DNA from: a bacterium
GTDB taxonomy: Bacteria > UBA8248
Assembly: GCA_965219955.1 (NCBI GenBank)
Contig: OZ244799.1
Coordinates: 2,880,001-2,944,000, forward strand
Length of the DNA stretch: 64,000 nucleotides
Direction of reading: 5' to 3'
Part shown: in pieces, positions 10,155 through 20,523 of the stretch
Layout: each line of letters begins with the position of its first letter
How positions within the stretch are numbered: position 1 is the stretch's first letter
Made by a program: the position numbers and the translations under genes
The notes under the pieces: model-generated
What the model was told of the DNA's origin: nothing
The model's input: the letters and a program-made list of their open reading frames with translations, nothing else
Database searches by the model: none

Positions 10155-10369
10155 GTCGGTGCATCCATCGTGCCGCAATGTGTCGCGCATGAACCCGCAA
10201 TTGCCGCGCCTGTGTCTCCCAAAGGGAGAGGTATACCAACATACCGGGCGCACGGGCAAGGGGCGCTTCGCGCATCTGTGATTTCAACCGGACAATTCTG
10301 AAAAATAAGATAAATATGGATAAATTCACGAGGTTTTCCGGTAAGGGAATGAAAAGTTAAACTGTTGAT

Positions 10370-11524
10370 TTATATTGGTTTAAGATGTTTCAGGCCGCCC
10401 GGTCCGTCCAGGCGGCTGCTATCGGCCAGCTGCCCGCACGCCGCGAGGATATCGACTCCCTTGGCCGTGCGCGTGGTGGCCACCAGGCCGGCGGCCAGGA
10501 GGATGCGGCGGAATTCCTCGACCCGCTCATCGCCGGGCCGCTCGAACGGCGTTCCCGGAAACGGATTCCAGGGTATCAGGTTTACCTTGCACTTGAGTCC
10601 TTCCAGGAGTTTTGAGAGCTCCTTCGCGTCTCGTTTCGAGTCATTCACGCCCCGGAGCATCACGTATTCAAAAGTGATGCGGCGCCGTTCGCCGACCGGC
10701 AACTCCCGGCATTCATCAATCAGCGCCCTCAGATTCCACTTGCGGTTCACCGGCACGAGTTTTCCCCTGGTTTCATCATCCGCCGCATGAAGCGATACCG
10801 CCAGTCCCACGCCCGGAACAGCGGAGACGAAATCCCGAAGCCTCGAGACAATCCCCACAGTCGATACCGTCAGCCTTTTTGCGCTGACGCCGTTCGCGCG
10901 CGGGTGCGTCAGGATTTTCACTGCCTTCACGGTGGCGTCGAAATTATCGAGCGGCTCCCCCATTCCCATGAACACGACGTTGTGAAAACGCTCCCCGGGG
11001 GCGAGCAGCTTTCTTGCGGCGAGAAACTGGCTGACGATCTCACCGGCCGTCAACTGCCGGATGAAACCCATCTTCGCCGTCAGGCAAAACGCGCACCCCA
11101 TCGCGCATCCGACCTGCGTAGAAATACAAAGAGACCACCGCATGACGCCGTTCACGTTTCGCATCGGTATACGCACGCTCTCGACCCGCGCGCCGTCACG
11201 AAGCCGCCACACGTATTTTTCCGTGCCGTCCGCGCTTTTGCTCTCCCGGTCGAGTTCGAGAGCCTCCAGGCGGGCCGCTTCTCCCAGTTTTGCCCTGAAA
11301 CTGTTAGGGACATTGGTCATCTGAGAGAACTCACTCACGCCGTGGGCGTACAGCCACGAGAATATCTGCCGGCCCCTGTAGGGGGGTTCTCCCATCTGCC
11401 CGCATAAGGAGACGAGTTCCTCCTCATCCATGCCGGCAAGCTCGACAGGCCGGGTGGCAGGCCGCAGACCCGCCCGATGTGTTGCGATTTTTGATTTCAC
11501 GTCCTGTTTCATAGATGGGCTCAT
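10370..11524 (-). CDS. rlmN: 23S rRNA/tRNA methyltransferase RlmN
   Basis: CISTQVGCAMGCAFC, NVVFMGMGEP, VSLHA, KVNLIPWN, DILAACGQL. Confidence 0.97.
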   Translation of the reverse strand: MSPSMKQDVKSKIATHRAGLRPATRPVELAGMDEEELVSLCGQMGEPPYRGRQIFSWLYAHGVSEFSQMTNVPNSFRAKLGEAARLEALELDRESKSADGTEKYVWRLRDGARVESVRIPMRNVNGVMRWSLCISTQVGCAMGCAFCLTAKMGFIRQLTAGEIVSQFLAARKLLAPGERFHNVVFMGMGEPLDNFDATVKAVKILTHPRANGVSAKRLTVSTVGIVSRLRDFVSAVPGVGLAVSLHAADDETRGKLVPVNRKWNLRALIDECRELPVGERRRITFEYVMLRGVNDSKRDAKELSKLLEGLKCKVNLIPWNPFPGTPFERPGDERVEEFRRILLAAGLVATTRTAKGVDILAACGQLADSSRLDGPGGLKHLKPI

Positions 11525-11600
11525 GGTGTTATGGTTTGCCGATTTCGCTTCCGGCTTGAATCATAACATGGTTATGCACGCCTGGATGGAGAGTACCCAT

Positions 11601-12236
11601 ATGGCTATACGCGCGCTCCTTCTGGACCACGACGGCACGCTTGTCGACAGCTACGAGGGCATCGCCAAATGCATGCGCCTCATGTGCCGTGACCTGGGCG
11701 TGCCCGAAATGAGCGATGCGGAAATCCTTGCATCCATCGGCCCTACGCTCGAGGACAGATTCACCCAACTATGGGGCGAGAACATGGCCGAAGAGGCGGT
11801 GCGCATCTACCGCTCCCATTACAAGATTCATAACGCCGAGGGCACCCATATCATCCCCGGGGTGAAAAAAACACTCGAAACCCTCGCCCACCGGGGCATT
11901 GAGATGGCTTGCGTTTCGAACAAGGCATGGTTTTTCTGCAAGGAGCAGTTAGAGCATGTCGGGCTCTTGCCCTACATTCGAACGGTATTCGGGCACCGTC
12001 AGGGCTATGCGCCGAAACCGGACCCTGAAATGCTGTTCGCCGCCATCGAATCGCTGGAAGTGAAACCGGAAGAGGTCGTCATGGTCGGGGATACGACGAC
12101 GGACTTGCAAGCCGCCAGAAACGCATCCATCCCGGCATGGATCATCAAGGGAAAATACTCCCAGCACAGTGAGATACTAAAATTAAACCCGGATAAATAT
12201 CTGGAAAAATTAGAGGATCTTCTGGAACTGGTATAA
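11601..12236 (+). CDS. HAD-family hydrolase (phosphoglycolate phosphatase-like)
   Basis: DHDGTLVDS, SNK, KPDP, MVGDT..D. Confidence 0.9.
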   Translation: MAIRALLLDHDGTLVDSYEGIAKCMRLMCRDLGVPEMSDAEILASIGPTLEDRFTQLWGENMAEEAVRIYRSHYKIHNAEGTHIIPGVKKTLETLAHRGIEMACVSNKAWFFCKEQLEHVGLLPYIRTVFGHRQGYAPKPDPEMLFAAIESLEVKPEEVVMVGDTTTDLQAARNASIPAWIIKGKYSQHSEILKLNPDKYLEKLEDLLELV

Positions 12237-12450
12237 TGCGCCAACGGCCGCTTGCACACTTGCTGATGGTTTTCTATCCTTTATTTTGGTCAGGGAGCAG
12301 CAGCGCGGCATTGCACCGACCCAAGTCCGCCGAATGATCTCTACTTCGCGCAGGGTATTGATCTTGCGCTCACATGTCATCGCCTGATGGAACCTACAAG
12401 AGAAACCTTCAACTGATACCCATTCAGATGCAATCCCTGGAGCAGTTGAT

Positions 12451-13185
12451 ATGAATCTCGTTATTATCACCCTGATTGCCATTTATCTTCTGCTGTCAAT
12501 GTTCGAGCTAACGAGTTTATCCCGTGGCCGACGGAAATCCGGATTGGGAATTCGGATACTGCCGCTGGCCGGAATTGTCCTGGCCGGCGCATTCATTCTT
12601 TTCAAACAACCTCTGATGTCTCTTACCGAGCTGATAGAACGAAAAGCGATTCCATTCCCCGCCTCGAAACTCCATATGGACGACGATAGAGCTTCATCGG
12701 CGGGTGGAAGCTTCGGTACCGGGAATCGCGGAATCTTCTGGTACATCAATCATTACGCCAAGCTCTACGGAGTCGACCCCCTGCTGGTGCGGGCCGTCAT
12801 CGAGGTGGAAAGCAACTTCGATCCAAAAGCCGTTTCTCACAATGGCGCTAAAGGCCTGATGCAAATCAACCCGATTACCGCCAGACATCTGGGCCTCAAC
12901 GATGTTTTCGACATCGGTGACAACATCGAGGGCGGGGTGCGGTATCTACGATATTTACTCGAACGATACGGTTGGAATTTGCATATGGCGCTGGCCTCCT
13001 ATAATGCGGGGCCCGCCAACATCCGGCGGTATAACGGGATTCCTCCTTTCCAGGAGACACGGCGATATATCCTGAGGATCATAGAAGTGTATGAGCGCCT
13101 CAAAAGAACGGAGAAAGTCTTCAATGATTCCTCCCGGCTTTCCGCCTTGCTCCGTCAATTGCCCGACACGCAAGAAAAAAACTGA
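12451..13185 (+). CDS. Membrane-anchored lytic transglycosylase (SLT domain)
   Basis: AVIEVESNF...AVS..GAKGLMQI, ASYNAG, PPFQETRRY. Confidence 0.92.
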   Translation: MNLVIITLIAIYLLLSMFELTSLSRGRRKSGLGIRILPLAGIVLAGAFILFKQPLMSLTELIERKAIPFPASKLHMDDDRASSAGGSFGTGNRGIFWYINHYAKLYGVDPLLVRAVIEVESNFDPKAVSHNGAKGLMQINPITARHLGLNDVFDIGDNIEGGVRYLRYLLERYGWNLHMALASYNAGPANIRRYNGIPPFQETRRYILRIIEVYERLKRTEKVFNDSSRLSALLRQLPDTQEKN

Positions 13186-13393
13186 CAGAACAATTCCTGG
13201 AAAATGGCCGTACCCCGGGCTTACACCCGAAAGATTCGTTCCTGTTCAGCAACGCCGGTGTTTCTTGCAGTTCATGGCAATGATGCATCATTCTGAAATC
13301 TTATTGCCAAACCAGACTTGAGTTCTATATTTTACAATTCAAAGAAGCCATCCGGCCCCGATATATCAATAGCGCAACGCACCAGGACTTAGA

Positions 13394-14134
13394 ATGCCGA
13401 CCAGAGTCGCCTCACCAGGCACCCGAAAACGAAAAATCCTGAAACTCACAGACAGACTATTGTCCCGCTTCGGGAAGCCAAAGCGCACAAAGCGAAGCAA
13501 CCTGCTGGATTCCCTGGTCGAAACCCTGCTCTCGCAGAGCACGACCGATCATAACCGCGACATGGCGTTTGATTCCCTGAAAAAGACTTTCGCCAGTTGG
13601 GATGAAATCGCCGACGCCCCTCAAAAGTTTCTTGCCCAGGCAATTCGTTCGGCCGGTTTGGGGAATCAAAAAGCCGGCAGAATCCGGGATTTCCTGAGGT
13701 GGCTCCGTGAGGACCGAGAGCACCTCTGTCTGGAATTCCTGCATCATGAATCAGATGATTTCGCCGTGCAGTATCTCACCCGGCACAAAGGCATCGGCGT
13801 CAAAACCGCTTATGTCACCCTGATGCTGTCTTCAAACCGGGATTTGTTCCCCATCGATGTTCACATTCACCGGATCATGATTCGCCTGGGCATCATTCCT
13901 GAGAAAACGACGCCTGAAAAATCCCACCCGGTCCTCGCGCCACTCATACCAAAAGGCCGTGCTCACGAACTACACATGAACATGCTGCGTTTCGGCCGCA
14001 CCATCTGCACCGCCCGCAATCCCAAGTGCACCGACTGCGACATGAGGCGAATGTGCCCCTACTATAAAGACAAGAACCCAGGAAAACCCAAAGGCGGAGA
14101 AATTCACCTTTCGCAAAAGCAAACCAGCCCATGA
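13394..14134 (+). CDS. Endonuclease III / HhH-GPD glycosylase
   Basis: LLSQSTTD, GIGVKTA, PIDVHIHR, C.ARNPKC..C.....C. Confidence 0.92.
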   Translation: MPTRVASPGTRKRKILKLTDRLLSRFGKPKRTKRSNLLDSLVETLLSQSTTDHNRDMAFDSLKKTFASWDEIADAPQKFLAQAIRSAGLGNQKAGRIRDFLRWLREDREHLCLEFLHHESDDFAVQYLTRHKGIGVKTAYVTLMLSSNRDLFPIDVHIHRIMIRLGIIPEKTTPEKSHPVLAPLIPKGRAHELHMNMLRFGRTICTARNPKCTDCDMRRMCPYYKDKNPGKPKGGEIHLSQKQTSP

Positions 14135-15027
14135 ACTGGATCCAGCTGATCGGCCCGGGCGAGCTGTTGGCCATCGCCTCTTCCATCACATTCTCGGTAG
14201 CGCAAACTTTCCTCAGACAGGGAATGAGAAGCGTATCGCCACTGGCCGCCGCCTTGATAGTCAATGGAATCGTAAGCCTGGGCGGCCTCGTCATGTCTCT
14301 CCTGAACGGCACGCTTTTTACTTCGAAAGCAGAAGCCATCTTCTGGTACGCCGCCGTGGGCGCAGCGGGTCCCACCATAGGCAGATACTGCTACCTGGTG
14401 GGCGTCTCCCGTATCGGGCTCAGCCGCACCGTACCCATATCCTCGGCGGCCCCGATTTGGGGAACTTTTTTCGCCATTCTGATTCTGGGAGAAACGCCGA
14501 CAACCATGGTCGTACTCGGCACCCTGGGCATCGTCATCGGGGTATCCATTCTCGGGATACAAGACGACAAATCCCAATCTTTCAAAAGCTGGTTTCGGGG
14601 AGCGCTCATATTTCCGCTCGTTGCATCACTCGCCTATGCGATAGCACCCATCTTCGCCAAACTCGCTTACACACACCAGATGACGCCCAGCGTCGGCATG
14701 GCCGTCTCCTTCGCCACAGCCAACGGTTTACTTCTGCTTACGAAACCGATCCTGCCCGGCCAAAGTGATATCCGCGGCAAGAAAAGAGGTCTTATATGGG
14801 TGGGAGGCGCAGGCGCCATCGGTATTTGCAGCTCGTTTATGCTCTGGACGGCCTTTACGATGGCGAGCGTGTCCACCGCTCTGCCCCTGAGCCGAATCGC
14901 ACCGATTTGGGTGCTGATCCTGAGCTATTTTTTCCTGGGCAAGCTAGAAACAATCAACCGCAAAACGGTTCTGGCCACCGTTTGCGTCGTCGCAGGCGGG
15001 GTTCTGATAACCGCCTTCCGAAACTGA
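14131..15027 (+). CDS. EamA/DMT family transporter
   Basis: About 10 hydrophobic segments, ILGE / FLGKLE motifs. Confidence 0.88.
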   Translation: MNWIQLIGPGELLAIASSITFSVAQTFLRQGMRSVSPLAAALIVNGIVSLGGLVMSLLNGTLFTSKAEAIFWYAAVGAAGPTIGRYCYLVGVSRIGLSRTVPISSAAPIWGTFFAILILGETPTTMVVLGTLGIVIGVSILGIQDDKSQSFKSWFRGALIFPLVASLAYAIAPIFAKLAYTHQMTPSVGMAVSFATANGLLLLTKPILPGQSDIRGKKRGLIWVGGAGAIGICSSFMLWTAFTMASVSTALPLSRIAPIWVLILSYFFLGKLETINRKTVLATVCVVAGGVLITAFRN

Positions 15028-15088
15028 TTCACAGACAGCGCGCAAAACACCAAATTCTTGAGCCAGATTTTACAACTCCAGCAACATC

Positions 15089-16336
15089 CTATCTGCCCGC
15101 CGCCGCTTCGGCGACACGAGGGGAATAAACAAGATCATCCACTTGCGGCGGATCCTCGAGAAAGCCTGCCGCTTTCAGAGTCAGCACGTCGTTCGTGCCG
15201 TCTGAATGCAGGAAGCTCAAGGCGTCACGCATGAGTTTCTCGATGGGGTTTTTCCGCATATACCCCGCCGCCCCCCAAAGCTCCATCGCCTCCTGGCAGA
15301 CCTGTACGGCGGATTCGGATGCGAATACCTTGCTCAGCATCGCATTCTTCCGGTCCATCTCCTCGAGTTGGGTGGACCACGCCGTGCGCCACAAATAAGA
15401 GCGAGAGGCCTCTATCTTCATCGCCATGCGCGCGAGTCTGATTTGCTGAAGCTGATGGCCGAGCAAAGGCACGCTTCCCTGGATTCGGGCATGGGCATAC
15501 TGCAAAGAGAGGTCATACGCGCGCTGCGCGACCCCCAGGACGGTGGCGCCCGCCTGGATGTTGCTCCCGTGCCTGATGAACAAATTGGCCAGCGCCGGCA
15601 AAGCCTGGCCCACTTCTCCGATCTGGTCTTCCGCTGGAACTTCCACATCGTGAAACTCCAGCGTACCGTTCTGAACACATCTTTGGCCGAGTTTGTCCCA
15701 CACTTCCGTGACTTCAAAACCCTTGGCGTCAGAGGGCACCAAGAAGGCCGTGAGACTGTCCATCATCGGATTGTCTTTATCCGTGCGAGCGGCGATCTGG
15801 TAGACCTTGGCGAGCCCCCCGTTCGAGATATAACGCTTTGTGCCGTTCAACACCCAGCGGTCTCCCTTTTTTTCCGCATACGACTGAATTCCCGCTCCGG
15901 GATTCTGATTGGGCCATACGTTGTCGCTTCCCGCCATAGGTTCCGTCCAGGCCGTCGCCAGAATACACTCGTCGTCATCCATGATTCTGGGGAGCCAGCG
16001 TTTTTGCTGTTCCTCATCCGCCATGTTGGCAATCGACGTCATAATCTTCCACGTCTGATCAAAGGCGACGGCGAGTCCCAGATCCCCATACGCCAGCGTC
16101 TCGCCCACGATGGCGCAGGAAAGCACGTCGGCGCCTTCACCTCCAAACTCTTTCGGGACGGTGAGTGTTCTGAGGCCTCGCCTCGAACCTTCTCGAATGA
16201 CTTCCCAGTTGAAGGATGCTTCAGGATCCTCGATGCGGTCCGCGACCTCCGCCGCGGGAATCATGACTTCGGTGGCGAATCTTTTCGCAGTATCTCTGAG
16301 TTCCATCTGCCGGGGGGTGAGCTGGAAATCGACCAT
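15089..16336 (-). CDS. Acyl-CoA dehydrogenase
   Basis: TEPMAGSD, LNGTKRYISNG, KLGQR, WGAAGYM...PIEKLMRDA. Confidence 0.93.
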   Translation of the reverse strand: MVDFQLTPRQMELRDTAKRFATEVMIPAAEVADRIEDPEASFNWEVIREGSRRGLRTLTVPKEFGGEGADVLSCAIVGETLAYGDLGLAVAFDQTWKIMTSIANMADEEQQKRWLPRIMDDDECILATAWTEPMAGSDNVWPNQNPGAGIQSYAEKKGDRWVLNGTKRYISNGGLAKVYQIAARTDKDNPMMDSLTAFLVPSDAKGFEVTEVWDKLGQRCVQNGTLEFHDVEVPAEDQIGEVGQALPALANLFIRHGSNIQAGATVLGVAQRAYDLSLQYAHARIQGSVPLLGHQLQQIRLARMAMKIEASRSYLWRTAWSTQLEEMDRKNAMLSKVFASESAVQVCQEAMELWGAAGYMRKNPIEKLMRDALSFLHSDGTNDVLTLKAAGFLEDPPQVDDLVYSPRVAEAAAGR

Positions 16337-16462
16337 CGGTTTTATCCTCCAAGGGTAATCGTCCTGGCGATTCAGTCGCGATGAAACAGTCGCGAATCAT
16401 CATGTCAAGAAAGCCCGCTGTTGCGCCTCCGCTTGTTCCGGTTCTCGGGATGCGAGCGTATA

Positions 16463-16873
16463 TTAAAGAGCCTCCGGGTTCTCGCACAACTCGATGCGGA
16501 TATTGCCGGGTCCTCTGACATAGGCGATCATCCGCCCGCCAACCCCGCGGCGCACGGGCTCCACCATAATCTCCGCCCCCTTGCCCCGCAGCCACTGGAC
16601 GGCGGCTTCCACATCCGGAACGCCGAACCCGAAATGATCCAGACCCTGAACCAGTTCCGGCCCCACGGAATCCGGCGACTCCTCGGGTCTGAGGCCGCGC
16701 GCGAATATCACCAGGCGGCCGATTCGGATCGCCGCGTTGGGCGAGCCCTTGAAGTCCTCATCGTAGCGAATGATTTCAGCGTCGAACACGTTTTCGAAAT
16801 ACCCGGCAAACGCCTTCACGTCGGCGCAAACGTAGTGAATATGATCAAAACCGAATTCCATCGAATTCTCCAA
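16463..16873 (-). CDS. VOC/glyoxalase family protein
   Basis: FDHIH, GLDHFGF.V.D, AYVRGPGNIRIEL. Confidence 0.88.
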   Translation of the reverse strand: MENSMEFGFDHIHYVCADVKAFAGYFENVFDAEIIRYDEDFKGSPNAAIRIGRLVIFARGLRPEESPDSVGPELVQGLDHFGFGVPDVEAAVQWLRGKGAEIMVEPVRRGVGGRMIAYVRGPGNIRIELCENPEAL

Positions 16874-16881
16874 ATATGAGA

Positions 16882-18591
16882 TTACGGCGTGATGATGATC
16901 GGCGAATCCTCAGAATCGGTATCTTCCGGAACACCGCCATCCTCGACGTTCTCTTCCTGCATTTCCCCTTCCCCGCCCTGAGACTCCCGAACCTGCCGGA
17001 TAACCCGCTCGAGCATCACGTTGATGGAATACTGGAACATTTCGACGAATAACGGCGCGGGCTCATCCGTATCCACCCGCATTTCATCCGCCAGCGTCAC
17101 GCATTCCCGGGCCATCGCTTCATCGCCCGCCTGATGGAAAACGTACCCGTTGTCTTCCAACTGGCCCGATATGCGCTCCCGCAACGCCGCATCCTCAAAA
17201 CTATCTTTCGCGCCGTTTTCCACAATCTGCTGAAGACGCTCTTTTTTCTGTCTTTCATCCAGCGCCACCTGACTTTCCATCGACTCCAGAAATTCCTGAA
17301 AATACGGCGCCACGAGCTCTTCATCCATCACCCAACTCCAAAAAGGCCGGTGGACGAATATCGTGCGCACTTCCATCCGTTTCTCGCCTTCCGCAAGAGG
17401 ATTCACCATCGCGCGGACAGGATGCGGGCCCTCCGCGGGATACCCCTCAGCCTCCGACAACGGATCGAGCATGAGTTTCGCATGCGTAAAGCCGCGTGGC
17501 AGCGGCGTTTCTCCCATTTCGTTTTCGCGCTGGCCGCGTTCCAGAAGCCAGATCGCATATCCGGCAGGCACCTCCTGTGAGGCCAGAGTGGGCATTTCTG
17601 AAATTCGGCGGAAAACATCACGCAACTCTTTCCCGCTCATTTCCGCATCGGTGAACTCAACGATGCCTCGTCCCCGGTGCAATCGCGCCTGCACGAGATA
17701 CCTTCCCCGGGGAACCCTCGAGCGGGCGAGCCACAAAAGCATCTGCCCGCGCCCGTCTACGGCACTGACTACGGCACGAACATAGTCAGGGTAATTGGCT
17801 CGCTGCGCCGTGCGAACACCCGTATCGGGTAATTTTTCAACTTCTACGCCCTTGTTTTTCAACCGGAACAACGCTTTGCGAATTCGGGACAACGTATCTT
17901 TGTCTTTCGTGGATTCCGAGAGCTTTTGAAGCGCAATCGCGGCCTCCTGCGTAGCCATATCCGCCAGAATCTGAATGAAATACTCAGGCGGCAATATTTC
18001 TGTTTGGGCCATCGCTTCAGCCAGAACAAGCGCACAATCCGCCGAAACGCCATCCGAATTCACAAGGCCGTCACGCAATGTCACTTCCTGCAGAAAAGGA
18101 GGCAGGTCTTTCAACGACGATACGATGGACTTTGCGGAATCAAGCGTGAGAATCGTATTCCCGCCGAGTTGTTCGGAAACATCCCGGGCCCGGCTTAAAT
18201 TTTCGCTATCGAAACCCACCGGCAATTCTGCATTCGCATCCAATGCCTGAAGCGTCTCGTAGAGCGTCGTGAGTCCCGGTATCGACCAGCGCATCGTCCG
18301 GATCAGAGAAACAAGCTTTTCGACGATGGATGGATTGTTCAACTCGCGCAGGGCGAGGAGCGTGGGAATACGACCCTCTGAAGTAGTGGAGGACAGGTGG
18401 TTCAATACACCGGCGAGCCCGACCTCCCCCATTTCCCTGATTTCATCCAAAAGAGGCGCCGGCGCCATGGCGCCCGGCGGAGCCGGCACGGTAAACGACG
18501 CTTCAAGGCCGGCCGCTACGGCGGCGGCCCGGTTCAAATCCTCTTTCGAAAAAGTTTTTTTCGAGGCTTTCATCCTCGCTTTCTTCGCCAA
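16882..18591 (-). CDS. Conserved hypothetical helical protein
   Basis: 569-aa ORF; IRKALFRLK and SAVDGRG..LW motifs; acidic tail. Confidence 0.75.
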   Translation of the reverse strand: MAKKARMKASKKTFSKEDLNRAAAVAAGLEASFTVPAPPGAMAPAPLLDEIREMGEVGLAGVLNHLSSTTSEGRIPTLLALRELNNPSIVEKLVSLIRTMRWSIPGLTTLYETLQALDANAELPVGFDSENLSRARDVSEQLGGNTILTLDSAKSIVSSLKDLPPFLQEVTLRDGLVNSDGVSADCALVLAEAMAQTEILPPEYFIQILADMATQEAAIALQKLSESTKDKDTLSRIRKALFRLKNKGVEVEKLPDTGVRTAQRANYPDYVRAVVSAVDGRGQMLLWLARSRVPRGRYLVQARLHRGRGIVEFTDAEMSGKELRDVFRRISEMPTLASQEVPAGYAIWLLERGQRENEMGETPLPRGFTHAKLMLDPLSEAEGYPAEGPHPVRAMVNPLAEGEKRMEVRTIFVHRPFWSWVMDEELVAPYFQEFLESMESQVALDERQKKERLQQIVENGAKDSFEDAALRERISGQLEDNGYVFHQAGDEAMARECVTLADEMRVDTDEPAPLFVEMFQYSINVMLERVIRQVRESQGGEGEMQEENVEDGGVPEDTDSEDSPIIITP

Positions 18592-18749
18592 AACCGTTTC
18601 TCCTAAATATATGTTTCAGAACCTGCATCATCATCGCGTGCAGCGCGTACTGTCAAGACGATCTGGAAAAGCGCCTTTTTCTCTCCCGCTTTTGCCAACC
18701 GCAACGCATACATGCCACAATCGCCGATATTTCGGCCCTGGGAGATACA

Positions 18750-19757
18750 GTGACCTTTCGATTCGCCCATTGCGGTGATTTCCATCTCGGCTATGACTTC
18801 GGCTACCTCCCGCCTCGCAAAGCCGCGGCGCGGCAAGCCGATCTCCGGGTGGCTTTTTTCCGCTCCGTTCGCGAGACACTCAAATGGGGCGCGCAGGTCC
18901 TTCTTGTTTCCGGGGATCTGTTCGACACCCCTCATCCAGGTGAACGCGACGTCGAAATCGTCTCGAAGAACCTCGCGCATTTATCCAAAAAAGGGGTGCG
19001 CTGTTTCGCCATACCCGGCAACCATGACCCGGTGCGCTCAGAATCCGTGTGGAACCGGCCCGAAATACTGAACAACATCCATCTTCTCCATGGTGCCTCC
19101 GCCGCCGGGCCGGCGCAGGAAAACATCGCGGAACTCAATCTTACGATCGCCGGAATCCCCTGGGATACCGAAGACGCCTTCAAGCCCCCTTTGCAGGAAA
19201 TCCTCACGCGGAAACTCCATCTGAACGACAGATCCATCCTGCTATTGCACGGCTCGGAAGCGGCTCTCGCCTCAGAGCACCCGGCGTTCAAGGAGCATCC
19301 ATTCCAGGCCGATGATTTGAAGCGTCTGCCCTTCGGGTATGTGGCCATCGGCCATTACCACAAACCCATGGACGTCGCCCGGTGGAGCGGCGGCGGCGCA
19401 TGCTACAGCGGCTCTCCGGAAGGGTTGCGCTTCAGCGACCACAACCTGGGGGAGCGCTCTATCGTTTTGGGAGAAATGGATGAACGGGGCTCCCTGGTTC
19501 GACTCGAGCGAAAACCCATCAACGCGCGCACCATGAAAACGCTTTCCTATTCCGCCGGCGACGGGACCACGGCGGACGACTGGTTCCGGGCGGTTGACGA
19601 CATGAGAGACCCGGATACTCTATTGAGGGTGCGTGCGCCGAAACAAAACGGCGATCAACAAAGACGGGCGGAGATTCTCCTGTCCGCGCTGAGCAATGAT
19701 TTTTTCTATCTGGACGTCATTTGGGAATCCCCTCGTGAGCAAGAACACCTGGTGTGA
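18750..19757 (+). CDS. SbcD/Mre11-family metallophosphoesterase nuclease
   Basis: DFHLG, GDLFD, PGNHD, LLHG, YVAIGHYH, YSGSPE. Confidence 0.88.
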   Translation: MTFRFAHCGDFHLGYDFGYLPPRKAAARQADLRVAFFRSVRETLKWGAQVLLVSGDLFDTPHPGERDVEIVSKNLAHLSKKGVRCFAIPGNHDPVRSESVWNRPEILNNIHLLHGASAAGPAQENIAELNLTIAGIPWDTEDAFKPPLQEILTRKLHLNDRSILLLHGSEAALASEHPAFKEHPFQADDLKRLPFGYVAIGHYHKPMDVARWSGGGACYSGSPEGLRFSDHNLGERSIVLGEMDERGSLVRLERKPINARTMKTLSYSAGDGTTADDWFRAVDDMRDPDTLLRVRAPKQNGDQQRRAEILLSALSNDFFYLDVIWESPREQEHLV

Positions 19758-20523
19758 CGTCGCTTTCTCCCACCCGGAAATCCCCGTCAGACTCAAAGAC
19801 GCGCAACGGGCATGCGGAGAAAATGAAAGAAACATCGTCTGCGTCGTCATAGACGTATTAAGAGCCACGACGAACATCGCCGCCATCCTGGAGAACGGCT
19901 GTTCCGCGATACATCCGTGCGCTTCCCCTGAAATCGCGTTTGAACTGGCCCAAAAGCTGCGGCTTCTGCATGGTCCCGAAAAAATCATCCTGGGCGGAGA
20001 GCAGGACGGCAAGCCTATCGAAGGATTCGACGGGGGAAACTCTCCGCTCGAATACACGCGCCGGAGAATCAGCGGGAAAACCCTGATACTCTCAACGAGC
20101 AACGGAACCAAAACACTCTCGGCCGTGCAGCGTTGCGGAGAAATTTTCACCGCTGCTTTCGTGAACATCACCGCTACGGCCGAACGGGTAGCGTCCATTC
20201 TTCAGGAAAACCCCAGGCAATCCCTCCTGATCGCCTGCTCGGGCCGCGAAGGAGCCTATTGTGAAGAAGACACCGCAGGGGCGGGAATGCTCCTGCGTAT
20301 CCTGTCCGGACATTTGGAGAAGCTGGAATTCTCCGACACCGCTCGCGCAGCCCTGCATGTTGCGAACGGCGCTGAAAAAAACCTGGAAAAGATGCTTTTT
20401 CAGAGCTGGTGGGGCAGGCATTTGTCGTCGCTGGGACTTGATGAGGACATATCCTTCTGCGCGCAGAAAGACATTATGAGCATCGTCCCGAGGCTGGATG
20501 ACGGGGTAATAAGGATTGCTTAA
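19735..20523 (+). CDS. comB: 2-phosphosulfolactate phosphatase (ComB family)
   Basis: VVIDVLRATT, GGEQDG..I.GFD.GNSP.E, STSNGT, EED..GAG; start uncertain. Confidence 0.88.
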   Translation: MSKNTWCDVAFSHPEIPVRLKDAQRACGENERNIVCVVIDVLRATTNIAAILENGCSAIHPCASPEIAFELAQKLRLLHGPEKIILGGEQDGKPIEGFDGGNSPLEYTRRRISGKTLILSTSNGTKTLSAVQRCGEIFTAAFVNITATAERVASILQENPRQSLLIACSGREGAYCEEDTAGAGMLLRILSGHLEKLEFSDTARAALHVANGAEKNLEKMLFQSWWGRHLSSLGLDEDISFCAQKDIMSIVPRLDDGVIRIA

